Part shown: positions 46,668 through 59,850 of the stretch, piece by piece
How the letters are laid out: the number at the start of each line of letters is the position of its first letter
Position numbering within the stretch: the stretch's first letter is position 1
Assembly: GCA_951406725.2 (NCBI GenBank)
Contig: OX597814.1
Location: 40,548,001 to 40,612,000, forward strand
From: Octopus vulgaris
Lineage: Eukaryota
Reading direction: 5' to 3'
DNA length: 64,000 nucleotides
Notes under the pieces: model-generated
Seen by the model: the letters and a program-made list of their open reading frames with translations, nothing else
Database searches by the model: none
What the model was told of the DNA's origin: nothing
Program-made: the position numbers and the translations under genes

Positions 46668-46673
<6 letters not shown>
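46276..46673 (+). mobile_element. Fold-back element: ~168-bp inverted arms (46276-46444 / 46505-46673), abutting (TA)n
   Basis: Arms are diverged reverse complements with a 60-bp spacer. Confidence 0.88.
46552..46635 (+). ncRNA. Minimal type-I hammerhead ribozyme (long stem II)
   Basis: tgg-CTGATGA-gtgct..catttt..tgttgtaa-tac-ttacaaca..aaaatg..agtgc-GAAAC-gatc-GTA^-cca; palindromic ACGAUCGU. Confidence 0.82.
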
Positions 46674-46743
<70 letters not shown>

Positions 46744-47850
46744 AGAGAGAGATACAGAGATGATATTTTAGAATCATCCTCTCGTCGGCGAAGCGAGGTT
46801 TGCACGGTGGGATTCATCTATGAAGCAGGGAGTTCTGGTAGTCTCCATGTGATATTATATGACATCCATTCACCAGTTAATCGACAAATCTAGCCGACTA
46901 ATGACGATATGTTGGCCTCTTTTGAATCCTACAAGAGGATCTGTTATTACTTAACATCATGCTATGCAATAGTGTGTGGAAAGACATTTGATACGCCTTC
47001 TCATAGCGACAAATATAAAACACGTAATGAGAGTCCATCCCAAATTTTCAATACAACAGTGTCGTTGAAATATGTTCGTACATTCGTCTCTAATTCTTCA
47101 TCAAAGCTAATGTCCTAATATTTAAATCTACGCCAATACTTCTGATTTACGTAATTTTGCTCAGGTAATGAAAACAGAAATAAGCCTACACCGTGTCCAC
47201 TATAAAAATCAATAATTAATTTTGAGCTCTGTTTAGTAGGTGCCAGACAATTGCGTGCAGTTGTACATGCACATGCACATACATATACGTAACACACAGA
47301 AGCGCGAGCACACACACACACACACACACTAAATGTATGGTGTAAATATCTTTTTATAGATGTGAAAAAATCTCCGTTCTGATTATCTTTACTGTATATG
47401 TGTGTGTGCATGTTTGAGTGTGTGTGTGTGTGTGTATACATACATACATAAATATGGTGGGGATATATACGTATATTTTATTCTGTTGTATGCAAAATAT
47501 TAATTTAATACTCTAATTATGTTTACAAAAAATCGCGCCGAATAACTTTTGCCTGGAAGATTATGTTATGCACATTAATCATGAGTCAAAAACTAGAGAA
47601 TATATATACACATTGTTTTACGGTAGACAAATCTAATCGCAACTGTAATACTTATTATATGCCTATCGTTCCATGACGAAAACAAAATGTAATCTGTGAA
47701 TTTCAAATGGAATTTTCGTCTAGATTAACGGAAGATAAAACAGCATAACACGTCACGTATAACGGAGTACATATGTGGAGGCTTAGAAATGTTTTAAATA
47801 TGCAATGAAATGAAGGAATTAATTTGTGTGCGACGCATTGATGACTAGTT

Positions 47851-47852
<2 letters not shown>

Positions 47853-47910
<58 letters not shown>

Positions 47911-48069
47911 CATACATGTATATATGTATATATGTATATATGTATATATATATATATGCATATATATGTATATATATATATGTATATATATGTATATGCA
48001 TATATATGTATATGCATATATATGTATATATATATATATGTATATATGTATATATATATATATATGTAT

Positions 48070-48119
<50 letters not shown>

Positions 48120-48145
48120 GTATATATATGTATATATATGTATAT

Positions 48146-48223
<78 letters not shown>
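47853..48223. repeat. Long imperfect (TA)n/(TATG)n microsatellite
   Basis: Directly visible; representative of dozens of (TA)n tracts in the window. Confidence 0.95.
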
Positions 48224-48226
<3 letters not shown>

Positions 48227-49394
48227 TATAACAATGAAAATTCCTTTTCGTATTGGTTATGGTATTTTTGCAGGATCAATCGCTAGTATTTTTATTAAAA
48301 TTGCTAATGATTTTTGGGACAGAATAAATAAGACGGAATAATTAAGACATTTAGTGAAACAAGGTTAGACACATGGTAAATTGGTTAAAACTTTTAATCG
48401 CATATTACGTGGGAAACTTGAAATTTTAAATAAATATGGAGGTATATCTAGACTTCAGCTTAGCAAATATTTCCAACTATTTGAAAGTTTACGATTCCAG
48501 TTATTTGCTTACTACCTCACCAGTATTGAAACACATGAGAAAGTGGTAATGACGCACCTGGTCATCAATATTTTGTCACCGTTTAAATTCTTCGTTGGGG
48601 TGTGGCGTGTCTGATTAAATATATAAGTGTTAATACTTATAGTTATCTTGTCTTGTAGTTTATTAGCTTTAAACTTAGCAAAGTTTATAATATTAGTTTA
48701 TTAAAAGTATTTTTATTAGTTCCTAGTTAATGAAATTTATTTGCATATTAGTCACTGCTAATTTAATAGTATAACTTGTAGCAGTGAAATATTAATGAGT
48801 ACATAGTGTTCTATTATTAACTTTTGAATGATGAACTAATGTATTTCACACATAAAAATATTAGTTACTTAATTTCAATCGTGTTCTGTTTATAGTAGTA
48901 TCTATGAAAGACCGGTGAGATTATTATTTATAAGGATTATAATTTATAAGGATCGCTAATTAGCATATAATTTAGTTATTGCAGGTTACTATTAATAACG
49001 ATACAATATACATTGGTTTAAATGTCTCTTGCAGTTTTAGTAAAGTTTATATTTAACCCTGCCTATATATTGATTAATTGAAATAATGTCATTATTAAGC
49101 TTGTACATTTATATTACGCTAGGGATTATAATTTTGTATGACTTAATAGAGCTGTCCCTGTTTAGTTACTATTTAGGAGTGGTTGTAATTTACTTATGGA
49201 ATTTAATTATCGACACGGTTGTACATTGGGTAAATGTGTTTGAAAGTTGTGGTTTCTTTGGTTTGTTTGTTCCCAAACCACACTTATTTTAGTGATATTG
49301 ACACCTACGGATTGAATGATATTACCCAGGTGTCGAAACCAAAATGATGATGGAGGTATATTGGATTGTTGGTATGGCTGTGGAATATTATTAT

Positions 49395-49436
<42 letters not shown>

Positions 49437-49444
49437 CAATTGCG

Positions 49445-49690
49445 GCGTGGTAGATTTTTTATAAGCCATTTAAGAAACTTACACAGAAAAAAAAACATTA
49501 CATTCACTTCAACATTTAAATTCAATTTATATCTATATATATTCGTCCATTTCAGACCGTGACCTGTTTACTGACAAAATTAGGTGCTGCATGTGTTTTA
49601 CATGGCTTATAAATACCTTCCACGCTGCGATTGTTTTTGTTTCAGCAAACGATCACAAAGTAAGACAATTCATACTCTATTAGATCTCCG
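49445..49690. mobile_element. Small (TA)n-flanked element with ~25-bp imperfect inverted repeat
   Basis: gcgtggtagattttttataagccat / atggcttataaataccttccacgc. Confidence 0.55.
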
Positions 49691-49719
49691 TAATATATAT
49701 ATATATATATATATATATA

Positions 49720-50280
49720 AAGAATTTTGGAATATCAATGAATTCCAAGATTCCTTGAAAGAGAAAGAAGGAGATTGTATATCTCCTGTAATCGAAGATA
49801 GCAATTTCCAGAAATTACGCAAAATCCACAAAGGCTTCGAATTACAAAGTACCATAAATAAACAGAACTAGTACGTAAAAATACTAACGTCTGCTGACTT
49901 CAAACTAAGACCAATAGTTATTGGTCCTCAAGCGCCAACACAACAAGTAAGTCATTTTTTTAGATATACCCCTAAAACATTTGTTCCTTTTAATACCCAT
50001 TTATGTAAAGGATGGCATAGATTTTATCCAACACACCCATCCCACTATTGCACAAGGTACTATACACGCAAGTTTTGATGTTCTTAGTAAAAGCATGTGG
50101 AGATATATGTGGGAGATGCAACAATATCAACAACTTCAAATACTTGGAATATGGTTTACACATAAAATTCATGAGCGCTTCAAATTTAACTTGGATTGCA
50201 AAGATGAATGTTTTCACATATTTCGCATTTTTATTTCCGTAAAGACAAGAAAGTGGCTCCGGCTCAAAAAAAAGATGTAA
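49720..50280 (+). mobile_element. Penelope-like RT relic
   Basis: KIHK, LRPIVIGPQAPT, YVKDGIDF and ASFDV resemble PLE RT PKIHK..RPIV..S.DV motifs. Confidence 0.7.
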
Positions 50281-50299
50281 CAAGTTTATCATGTTGAAT

Positions 50300-50900
50300 G
50301 CTTATCGGAATGCACATGCCAGAAATTCGTTAAAACATTCCATTCTGGAGATATTTCAGAATAAGATGACCAATGTTCTCGTCGACCCACTGAAGTTTAC
50401 GATGCCGGAATCAAAACGATAATTGGATCTGAGAGTCATATAAAAGTGGAAGAGATTTCAGACAGGTTAAATATATCACACACGAACTAGTTAAGCAGTT
50501 CGACACTGGGATTCCATATCAATTGAAAGAGATTCACTTAAAACAACGAATCAATATTTGCGATATGCATCGCAATCGTAACGAAATCGACCTTCTTTTG
50601 AAATGAATCAACACTGGTCATGAAAAATCGATTGTCTACAATAATATCAATCGAAACATTTCGTTGTCCAAGCGTAAGAAAAAGTACAAAACTCAACACA
50701 ATCTGAATTGCATGAAAAAATTGTCAGGCTGTCAATTTCCTTTGATAACAATGGTGTTGTGTATTTTGAGCCACTTCCAGGCAGCCAAACCATCAATTCA
50801 GATGCTAACTGTCAACAACTGATGAAACGGTAATGAAGCAATCAAGGAAAAACGGCCAGAATTGGACATATTTAAAGGACTCGAGTTCTACCATGACATC
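50300..50900 (+). mobile_element. Mariner transposase relic (same family as 11840-12817)
   Basis: RRPTEV, ITGDEK-like tggtcatgaaaaa, NQTINSD-like segment; DNA similarity to 12085-12445. Confidence 0.8.
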
Positions 50901-51379
50901 CAGGGCTGGCCTTAAGCCGATTGAATCGATTGCTCCCAAACGTGCCCAGCGTTGAAGGAAGCCCCGCACTCAAGAGGGTTACATTATATACAGTGACATT
51001 GCTTACAGATGGTCGCCTTGAAGTCTTTTAAAATATTTACATGGTATTTCAAAAAAGAAAAAAGAAAAAGAAAGAAAAAAACATACTTTCTACACTTTAG
51101 CGACAAACGATATCAAAAAATAAACACATTCATGAAACACTGCCTGGGTTAGCCCCGTAAGTTGGAGTAAGTTATTGTATTTTTTGTGTAAGTGTAAATA
51201 AGTATGTTTGTATGTGAATGTTTAGGAGTGTTTATGGGGATATTTGTTTAAACTATTTGTGTATCGGTGAGAGTTTGTATGTGGGTGAATTGTATGTATA
51301 TATGTGCGCGTATGCTTTGTCTGTGTCAGTTTCTATAAATATATTTAATTTTGGAGAAACATTTTATTTATTCCTATTG

Positions 51380-52260
51380 AAATATATATTAATATATATA
51401 AGGATGCCATGTATGAAATTTACGGAAAAAATAAGAAGTTTGCTTATGTTTTATAAACAAAAGGAATAGTTTTATTCATCAAAGTATATACACATATTGT
51501 CAATGCAATTTTGCCATTTCAACGGTAGCTTGTTCAGCACGAACTGTAAAAGCTGGATAATCTAGTGTCGATAAAATCTTGGAAGGCCCGTTTTACTGCA
51601 TTGTCGGAATTACATTTTCTTTCTATCAAAAAGTAATCCAATTTCTGGAAGAAGTAGTAATCAGTGGGGGCGAAATCACGTGAATATGGTGGATGATGGA
51701 AAACTTCCAACTCCAAATCCTGCAGTTTCACCAATGTCGTTTTTACGATGTGGTTTTGCGTTGTCTTGCAATAACATAGGAATGGATCTGTTGACTAATC
51801 TAGCTTATATTTTCTTCTTTTTTATGCTTGTACAACATTTGGTCCACTTGGCTGCAGTATACTTCGGCCGTGATTGATGAGACAGGTTTAATGATATCAT
51901 ACTTGATCACACCTCCAGACCACTAAACACACACCATCAGCTTCTTTTGATGATTGTTTGCTTTTTGAACTGTGTTTTGGTGACTCGACTTTGTCCAGCC
52001 ATTGTGCATTTATGGTTGTATTGTATCCATTTCTCATCACGTTACCATCCGATTTTAAAATGATTCATTTTTGTGAGGAGAAATTAGTATAATGCAGGCT
52101 TCCATACATTCCTCGTTTTGATTTTCATTGAGTTCATGTGGAACGCACTTACCGAATGTTTTCGGTTTACCGATATGGACATAGTGAGTCAATATTTTTG
52201 TGCTTGCTAACACCAAACAACAACAACTTCTATCAACACACATTTTAATCAAAATACATC
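51380..52260 (-). mobile_element. Mariner transposase pseudogene
   Basis: GKCVPHELNE and HHPPYSRDFAPTDYYFF. Confidence 0.85.
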
Positions 52261-52843
52261 TATATTACTACTCATTAACACTACCACGCCAGATACATAC
52301 CTAAAACATAGAAATGACAAAAGAAAGAATTTGAAAAAGCATCTGTTGATTACATTCCTAAGGAAATGTCAACTATTTAAATGGCTTCACAAAAATTTCT
52401 AAAACAACCCATCAACTCCGAACTCCGCCCCCAATCAAGTATCTTGTTTAACGTTCATTACTTTCGTTAATCCATCACTCAACAACAGTCTTTCGCTTCC
52501 ACACTGATTAACAAACCCCAACCCAAACGTACACTAATCCCATATAGGGAATCACAAAATCCTCAGACCTGCTTGACAACGAATTTGAGAATGTTCTCCC
52601 AAAAAGTTAACATTTTTTTTTTTAATTCGTCACACGTAAGTTAACAAAGAACTTACTAGGTCTATGAATTAACACTTATATTATTAAAAAAATTTTAAAT
52701 AATAAATCAAACTGATTAGAAGTAACAGTGACATCATTTGTTTTTCAAATATACCTAACTGTACCAATGATGCCACACATATTCCAACTTATTTATTTCT
52801 ATGTCTCTATGTATATATGTATGTATGTATATATATATGTGTG

Positions 52844-52938
<95 letters not shown>

Positions 52939-52942
52939 GCAC

Positions 52943-53022
<80 letters not shown>

Positions 53023-53024
53023 CT

Positions 53025-53725
53025 CACGTTGGTTTTGGCTATTATCAGTCCGGGCCATGACTAACTCAATAGCTACATCTGGAAAAGTACCACTTAATGG
53101 AGCACTTAAGCAGAACGTTGTTGTTCGTTGAAACGTATACAGGTGTAGGTGTTATTCAAGTATATCCTGGAGGAATTTGTCCAACTATCGTTTGAATGTT
53201 GTGGGGTTTTTCTACGTAAATTTCTTTCGGGATAACTTTGAATAGGGCAGGACCATTTGAAGTGAAGAATTTTTGTCTTAAAGGTTTTATGTAATGTGAA
53301 CTCTACCTTTATAGGGGACGCATTGCGTGGGTGCCTAGCCCTGGGTGAATTCTAAACATAATACCGATATAATTTGGATATTATTGGTGAAATAGTTTCC
53401 ACATGGTGCAAATATAGTATCGCTCACGGCGGCGTTGCAAAGAATAGAGATTCAATTGTTTAAGTCGAGCCCAATAATCAAGTCACATCACAGCATTTAT
53501 TATGTTTTTAGTGGTTGATCTTTTTGGCGTTTCGATCCTCATTATGTCTTGTTTTTGTGTATAGGGGTACCACATTGGGCAGTAGTATTCGAGCACAGGC
53601 CTAGCGAACGTGGAGGAGAAAAGGATGATGGTATCATGATCCCTAGATTGAATAGTTCTGAGGATCCATGAGCACATTCTGCGGGCAACAGCGACTTTTT
53701 TGTTGATGTGCACACTCCAGCTAAT
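53025..53725 (-). mobile_element. CR1/L2-group LINE 3' relic
   Basis: RMCSWILRT, RPVLEYYCPMWYP, LYSLQRRRERY, GPALFK. Confidence 0.82.
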
Positions 53726-53849
53726 TATATGTGAGGTGAGCGAGACTGGAGGGTAGAGATGTGGGACTTTTTTCTCAGCTGTCTGGACTACGGAACGTGA
53801 GGTGATCTAACGAAATTACACAAAGAAATCGATACAGTGTGACATATCA

Positions 53850-54960
53850 GCTACTAGGAGAAACTGAAAGAGTGACGGCTTTATTACCTAAAGCGAAAGC
53901 GGGAAAGATATGACGTAATACATATCTGGAAAAACCCAGAGAAGCTTTTTCCAAACTTTGGCATTGTCACTCAAACAACTCTGCAGCAGATGCTCTACGG
54001 GATATCAAGCGGAGGATTTTGGTACGGTTTTGCTGACATCTGAACTGATCAAAGATGGTTCCAAAGCTCCTGTTCAGGAGATGATAAACTTGAAAGCAAA
54101 CCAAGGGGTACACCAAAATCAGTTATTCGGCATGACGTTTGAAATGCTTTGATTGAACAAAATCCGAGAACAAATATTCGAAAACTTTCATTAGAACTCC
54201 CTCAAAATATTTGGCACAACTGATTTTGGACACCTGTAAAATTTGGAAAAATCAAGACAACGTATAGGTTTGTTCTACATCAACTGAACGAAATCAAGCA
54301 CCACGAAGTGTGCTCCTTATTGCTTTCTCGACTGGAATAGATCACTTTTGCAACAAATCATTACTTGTGATGAGAAATGGTTACGCTTTGACAACAGCAG
54401 GAGAAGAGGGCAGTGATAGGATGCAGGAGAGAACACCTAAACACTACCCAAACCCACCATTGTACCTAAAAATGTTAATGGTGAATGTATGATGCCTGCC
54501 AAGGGGGTTATTCATTATTCATTTTTGCAACAAGGAAAAACGGTAACAGCAACATAGTATTACCAGGAAATAAAAAAAGAAGCAGCCCAGACTAGTGAGT
54601 AGAGTTGGCCCATTTTTGCTCCACGGTAATTCACGTATTCACACTCCTCAAGCTACGGTCCGAAAGTTGCAAAGCCCGAATTATGAGATTCTGCAACATA
54701 TTCCCTATTCTCCTGATATTTCTCCTACTGATCATCACTTATTGAAGCATTTTGAGCTTTTCATAAGCAATAAAACATTCCTAAGTAGAAAAATGGTAAT
54801 TGAAGCATTCGGACAGTTTATCATAGCAAAAAGTGAATTTTGGTAAAATGGAATATATGACATAGACTAAACGTTGGGTAAACCACATTTCATTTGAAAC
54901 AACCTAGTATCTAATATTTTTCTGTTTTATATTAAAAATTCTTATTGTGCTTTACCTTAT
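53850..54960 (+). mobile_element. Mariner transposase pseudogene
   Basis: ITCDEKW, LLHGNSRIH and HIPYSPDISPTDHHL. Confidence 0.85.
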
Positions 54961-55452
54961 TAATTACATTTATATATGTATATGTGTACTTATGCATGTT
55001 TACTTGCATATTATATCATGGTACAAATTCACTGAGACGTTTAGTAACAACGTCTTCTTATAATGTTAAATAATAGCTTTTGGAATAGGAAAACAAGTGC
55101 CGAGTGAATTGCTGTTCTACAGACAATAACGAATTATCTAACGCACATAGGGTGTGATAACAGCTCAAAATATCGGATGAATAACCTTACAAGACGGAAG
55201 AGAGTAAGCCTTTATACAGATAAAGGACTGACCCTCTACCCCTCAAATTCCGGCTGAATGCTCAGCCGGATTTCAGAGGTATGAGGTTCGATTATCTGTA
55301 AAGATTTGCAGGACACATCTTTCCGTCTCCTCGGGGAAATTACCCCAGTTCCTAATCTCTTGTGAGAATCTACCGGCGTTCGGCAATTCCTTTATTTTCT
55401 GTAGGATAAAGTCCCATGTTAAGTTTCTGATATATATATATATATATATATA

Positions 55453-55748
55453 TCACCGTGACCGACTAGGCTATCTGATGTTGCTACACATCGCTGGTCA
55501 CAATGCGCTTCGCATTGGTTTAGACTTCAAATGACGTCACTCCGCTGGCTAAACGAGCATGCCAACAGAAGAGTGAGAGAAATTTATGGCGAAAGAGTAC
55601 ATCAGGGATCGCCACCCCCCCCCTGCCGCGGCCTCGTGTAGCTTTAGGTGTTTTTGCTAAATAAACACTCACAACACCTGGTCTGGAATCGAAACCGCGA
55701 TCCTACATCGCGAATACACTGCTCTAACCACTGGGCCATTGCGCCTCA
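55453..55748 (-). mobile_element. tRNA-derived SINE
   Basis: Homologous to 39838-40143. Confidence 0.85.
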
Positions 55749-55899
55749 CACACACACACACATACACCGATCTATCAATCTATCTATCTATATATCTATC
55801 TATCTATCTACCTATCTATCTATCTATCTATCTATCTGTCTGTCTTTCTGTATGTATGTATGCCTGACTTCTCTCTCTCTCTCTCACTCTATCATATAT

Positions 55900-55941
<42 letters not shown>

Positions 55942-56509
55942 GTGTGTGTTTGCGTGTGCGTGTGTGCATGCGTGCGCGTGTAGGTGTTTGTGCGTGTGTG
56001 CTTCTGTGTATCGTTACAGCGCTTGAAACAAATGATATATATAGGAATAACGAAAACGACTTCACTGTTGTAATGTGGTTTGATGTAAGTTTAAAGAATC
56101 ATATGTCTTCATGGCTAATTACATATTCTCCATATCATGGTAGACGATGCGCTAGCATACGCGTGATAGATGTGGGTATACTTATGTATGATTGGCTGAT
56201 TCGTCTACCATTGTAATAAAACAAAATTCTATGCCACTAAGTCTAAGTGAATACAAATGCACTATTTGCATGTGCTGAATGATAAACAGTTTTGCATAAC
56301 TAAAATTCTAACCAGGTAATCACGGAATTCCTCAATCTATTTTAAAATATAAATACATGGATAACGTTATAATCTTTAGAAGAATATACGGTTGTAATTG
56401 TGACATATAAAGCAGTAACTTTACGAACATAAAATGCGTAAAAATTATCGATAAGTAGAACTCAATGCATTGATAAAATAGCTCGTTTTAGAAACTTTCT
56501 GTTAAATCA

Positions 56510-57040
56510 TGAGGTGGCGAGCTGGCAGAATCGTTTCCGAATAAGAGAAAATGCTTTGTTGCATCTCGTCCGATTTTACGATCTGAGTGCAAATGCCGCC
56601 AAGGTCGACTTTCCGTTTCATAGTCATTAAAATAGATAAGAATTGAATACTGGTATCAATTTAATGAACTTAACCTCTCCCCCAAATTTGCTGGCATTGT
56701 GTCTATTATAAGAAGTCAACTTTTCTGCAAAATCATATATTTTACCTCACACCGGAATCACAAACACATGTAACTTACTGAAATGAATGAATTTCACTCA
56801 ACACCTGTTTTACTAATAATAATATTTTCTACTATAGGCACTACTCCTGAAATTTGAGGGGAGAGACCAGTTGATTATATTGACCCCCAGTGTTTCACTG
56901 TTCCTTAATTTATCGACCACGAAAGAATAAATGGCAAAATCGACCTCGTCGGAATTTGAATTCAGAACGAAGCGACGGGTGAAACTCCGCCAACCTGTTC
57001 GTCTAGCGTGGTAACGACCCTGCTAGCTCACCACCTTCTA
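56510..57040. mobile_element. Two decayed SINEs of one family in opposite orientation (56510-56720 plus; 56820-57040 minus)
   Basis: ggcgagctggcagaatcg head, and its reverse complement ctgctagctcacc near 57020. Confidence 0.7.
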
Positions 57041-57801
57041 CTCGCCTTTTAATGAAAATAATAGATGTATCTCAAACACACTCTATGTATGTAACACTAT
57101 TAAGTGTGAAAATGTTTGTTTGCCGCTAACAGCTCTACAAATCTGTGATTTTCTGTCCTAAAGTTTAGAAGCATATAAGAAATGCCCCCGTATATACACT
57201 GAGATGGAAATTCCTCTGATAATGCGTAGAGACTCTGTATTAACACTTCGAATAATTATTGAGATGGATGACCAACATTTCTGAACTACGTGGGCCAGTC
57301 AATGGTATTAAGCACCATAAAAACAAGACAGCATCAAATGCGTTCACCCGAGCAAGCTATGATTTAATGTATGACTCCTTTCCAAGCAACAAATTATGAG
57401 ACTATTAAAATTAAGGTCAAAGTTATAACATTCTCTTAATCCCGCCCCAAATTGATTTTATCCGACAGCATAAAAAAGTATTCGATTAAGCTGACTTTTA
57501 AAAAATACATAATGAAAATGCACTATCATATCGATATGAACTACACTACGTTCTAGAAAGCATTTGTCCATTCCCTTGACGTCTTTCTTTCTTTCAAAAA
57601 TATTATCTCTCCATATTATTTTAAATTTCTTTTAATAGAATATCAGTACAATTTGTTCCCATTGTATTCATCTTACCCGGATATATATATGAATATTTGG
57701 CACAATTTGCTTTCAGCAATTTTAATTAAGTTCAAAATTATAATTTTACCAGATTGTTTTTCCTATTTGTGTGAAACTACGGGCGCGCGCACATGTACTA
57801 A

Positions 57802-57859
<58 letters not shown>

Positions 57860-57977
57860 GAGGCACAAGCGCGCGCACAAACACAGTGAAGAGACGAGAT
57901 CCAATAGTTCAAATAGCGCTCGAATTGTTCAAACTTAGATTCTGGTAACTTTAAATTGAAACAGTTCTATATTTAGG

Positions 57978-58257
57978 AGATGAGGAATTACGTACATTAT
58001 TTACATTCAACGGATATTTGTCCTTATCTTGTTTGTATGTTAACACAACGCTTCAGCAGATATACCTTCCAGCCTTCTTCGGGTGTCTTGGAGAAATTTC
58101 GAACCTGGGTTCCCATTCCTAAGTTATTTTCGATGTTGTTGTTGTTGTTATTATTTTTATTATTATTATCCTTATCATTATTATTGTTAAGCTCACTGCT
58201 TGGAATCGAACTCGGAATCTTGGCGTTAGTAGCCCGCACTCTTTACCACTACGCCAT
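57978..58257 (-). mobile_element. SINE: tRNA-like head, (AAT/AAC)n, hammerhead-like tail
   Basis: Minus: atggcgtagtggtaaagagtgcgggctactaac...ccgagttcgattcc; microsatellite; gacac-CCGAAGA-A-ggctgg..ctgct-GAAGC-GTT-gtgtt. Confidence 0.75.
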
Positions 58258-58272
58258 ATACCAACAGGCTTA

Positions 58273-58370
58273 ATGCGTAGTGGTTAACAGCGCGGGCTAC
58301 TAACCCCTTGACTCCGAGTTCGATTCCAATCAGTGAGCTGAACAATAATAATAATAATATGCATAATAAT
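58273..58370 (+). mobile_element. Inverted second tRNA-like head plus (AAT)n of the same SINE
   Basis: gcgtagtggttaacagcgcgggctactaac...gagttcgattccaatcagtgagct is the diverged reverse complement of 58190-58257. Confidence 0.8.
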
Positions 58371-58379
58371 ATGATGGAG

Positions 58380-59530
58380 TATAGTTTCTGTACATTTGTG
58401 GTGTTTATTATACCTGACCACCTTCCACATACAAAATTTATTTTCCCCGTTAATCTTCCTCTGATTTTGCTGCACTTCCTATATGTCCATAGCTTACACT
58501 GGGTACAACTTATGGAGTCTCTAATTACTATTAGTCTACGGATCAATCAGGGTTTTATCCATGACAACAAAAACCAAGTACAAAGGTTTATATTTGTTTA
58601 GGTACTCCTCCTACAATTTTCTTACCAGAAGAATAGCATCACTTGTGCTTCTCTCTGGCTCAAAACCAAACTGCAACTCATCTAGACTACCTCTCGTCCC
58701 ATTTAGTTGGGCTATGATCCTCTCTAAAACGTTTATCACCTTATCTAACATTATGATAGCTCTGTAATTTTTTTCTGTCTCAGGCACCAATTTTACCTTT
58801 GTGCCAGTTGACTATGCTGCTGCTACATAGGTATGACGCCTTCATGTAGAACCTGGTTTTCTATTAGGGTAAGTAGATCATACCACCACCACCAATTTTT
58901 TTTATGAATCTCTGAAATGATTCCTGATGGACCAAGGGATTTCCTGATCTTCATATCCTTCATGGCTTTATCTGCCATTCTACTGCGTATTGGGATCGCT
59001 GGTCCATAGGTCGGATCAACTTTAGTCAGACTCTCCTTCCCCCATGCATTCTCTACATTTAGTAGCCTTTCATAGAGACACTTCCAAGCGTCTTTTTCTT
59101 TGCAGTGTCAGTAACTGCAAGTGGACCATCATCCATGCGAACATATTTCTCTCCCACAACACAATATTCCCTGGCACTGCCTTGCAAGCCTAAACACTTC
59201 AAGCCTTTAGTCCCAACGCTTTAAGGCATTGGCAACCTCCTTCCTTTTTTTATTTCACCCTTAGCTAAGTATAATTGCTTCCTACTTTCCTTCTAGCTGC
59301 CTGATATAACTCCATTCTACCACCGCATTTCCATTTCTTCCAAGGTGTTTTCTTTCCTCTAATGTCACTGTCAAATATCCTGTTCCACCACCACGTCACC
59401 CTAGACCGGGTTGTGACTTGTACCAGCCACAAATTTGGTCTGCGGCTCTCAGCAAATTGTACCATAGATACTTCCACTTATCTTCTGTACCTCTTCCTCC
59501 TTCAACTAACTCATCTAATATTCTAGAAGT
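58380..59530 (-). mobile_element. RTE-clade LINE relic
   Basis: Minus QFGFEPERSTSDAI..VRKL, TWWWN, NAWGR and a C-terminal CTQCKLWT..CS...FVCGR zinc-binding segment. Confidence 0.8.
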
Positions 59531-59629
59531 TATGTCAATGGAAATTAAGTGACGAAAGTTAAAGCTACTGAATATTACCATAAACAACATCTATTGCACT
59601 TAGTAATACAAAGATTTCAGTAATAATCC

Positions 59630-59850
59630 TTTCTTCTATAGGCACTTATCCTGTAGCATATATATATACTTTTGTTGAAGGTTAGTCGATTATATCGACC
59701 ATACTGCTAAGCTGTTAGTCATTTTATCGACCAAGGAATCCTGAATGTCAAATTGACCTCGGCGAATTTAAACTCACGATGTAAAGACAGAAGAAATGCT
59801 GCTAAGCATTCTGCCCGCTATAAATGAGTGCATCAACTAGTTGCTTTATA
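59630..59850 (-). mobile_element. Decayed SINE
   Basis: Same family as 56820-57040. Confidence 0.65.

Noticed and set aside
49540-49576. Possible G3:C8 hammerhead variant on the minus strand (GTAAACA...GAAT)
   Set aside because: Too many core mismatches in this copy to support it.
50900-50975. hAT-like terminal motif cagggctggccttaag interrupting the mariner relic
   Set aside because: No matching second terminus or TSD found.
58190-58340. Possible pair of tRNA genes
   Set aside because: No paired acceptor stem and they run into (AAT)n; these are SINE heads.
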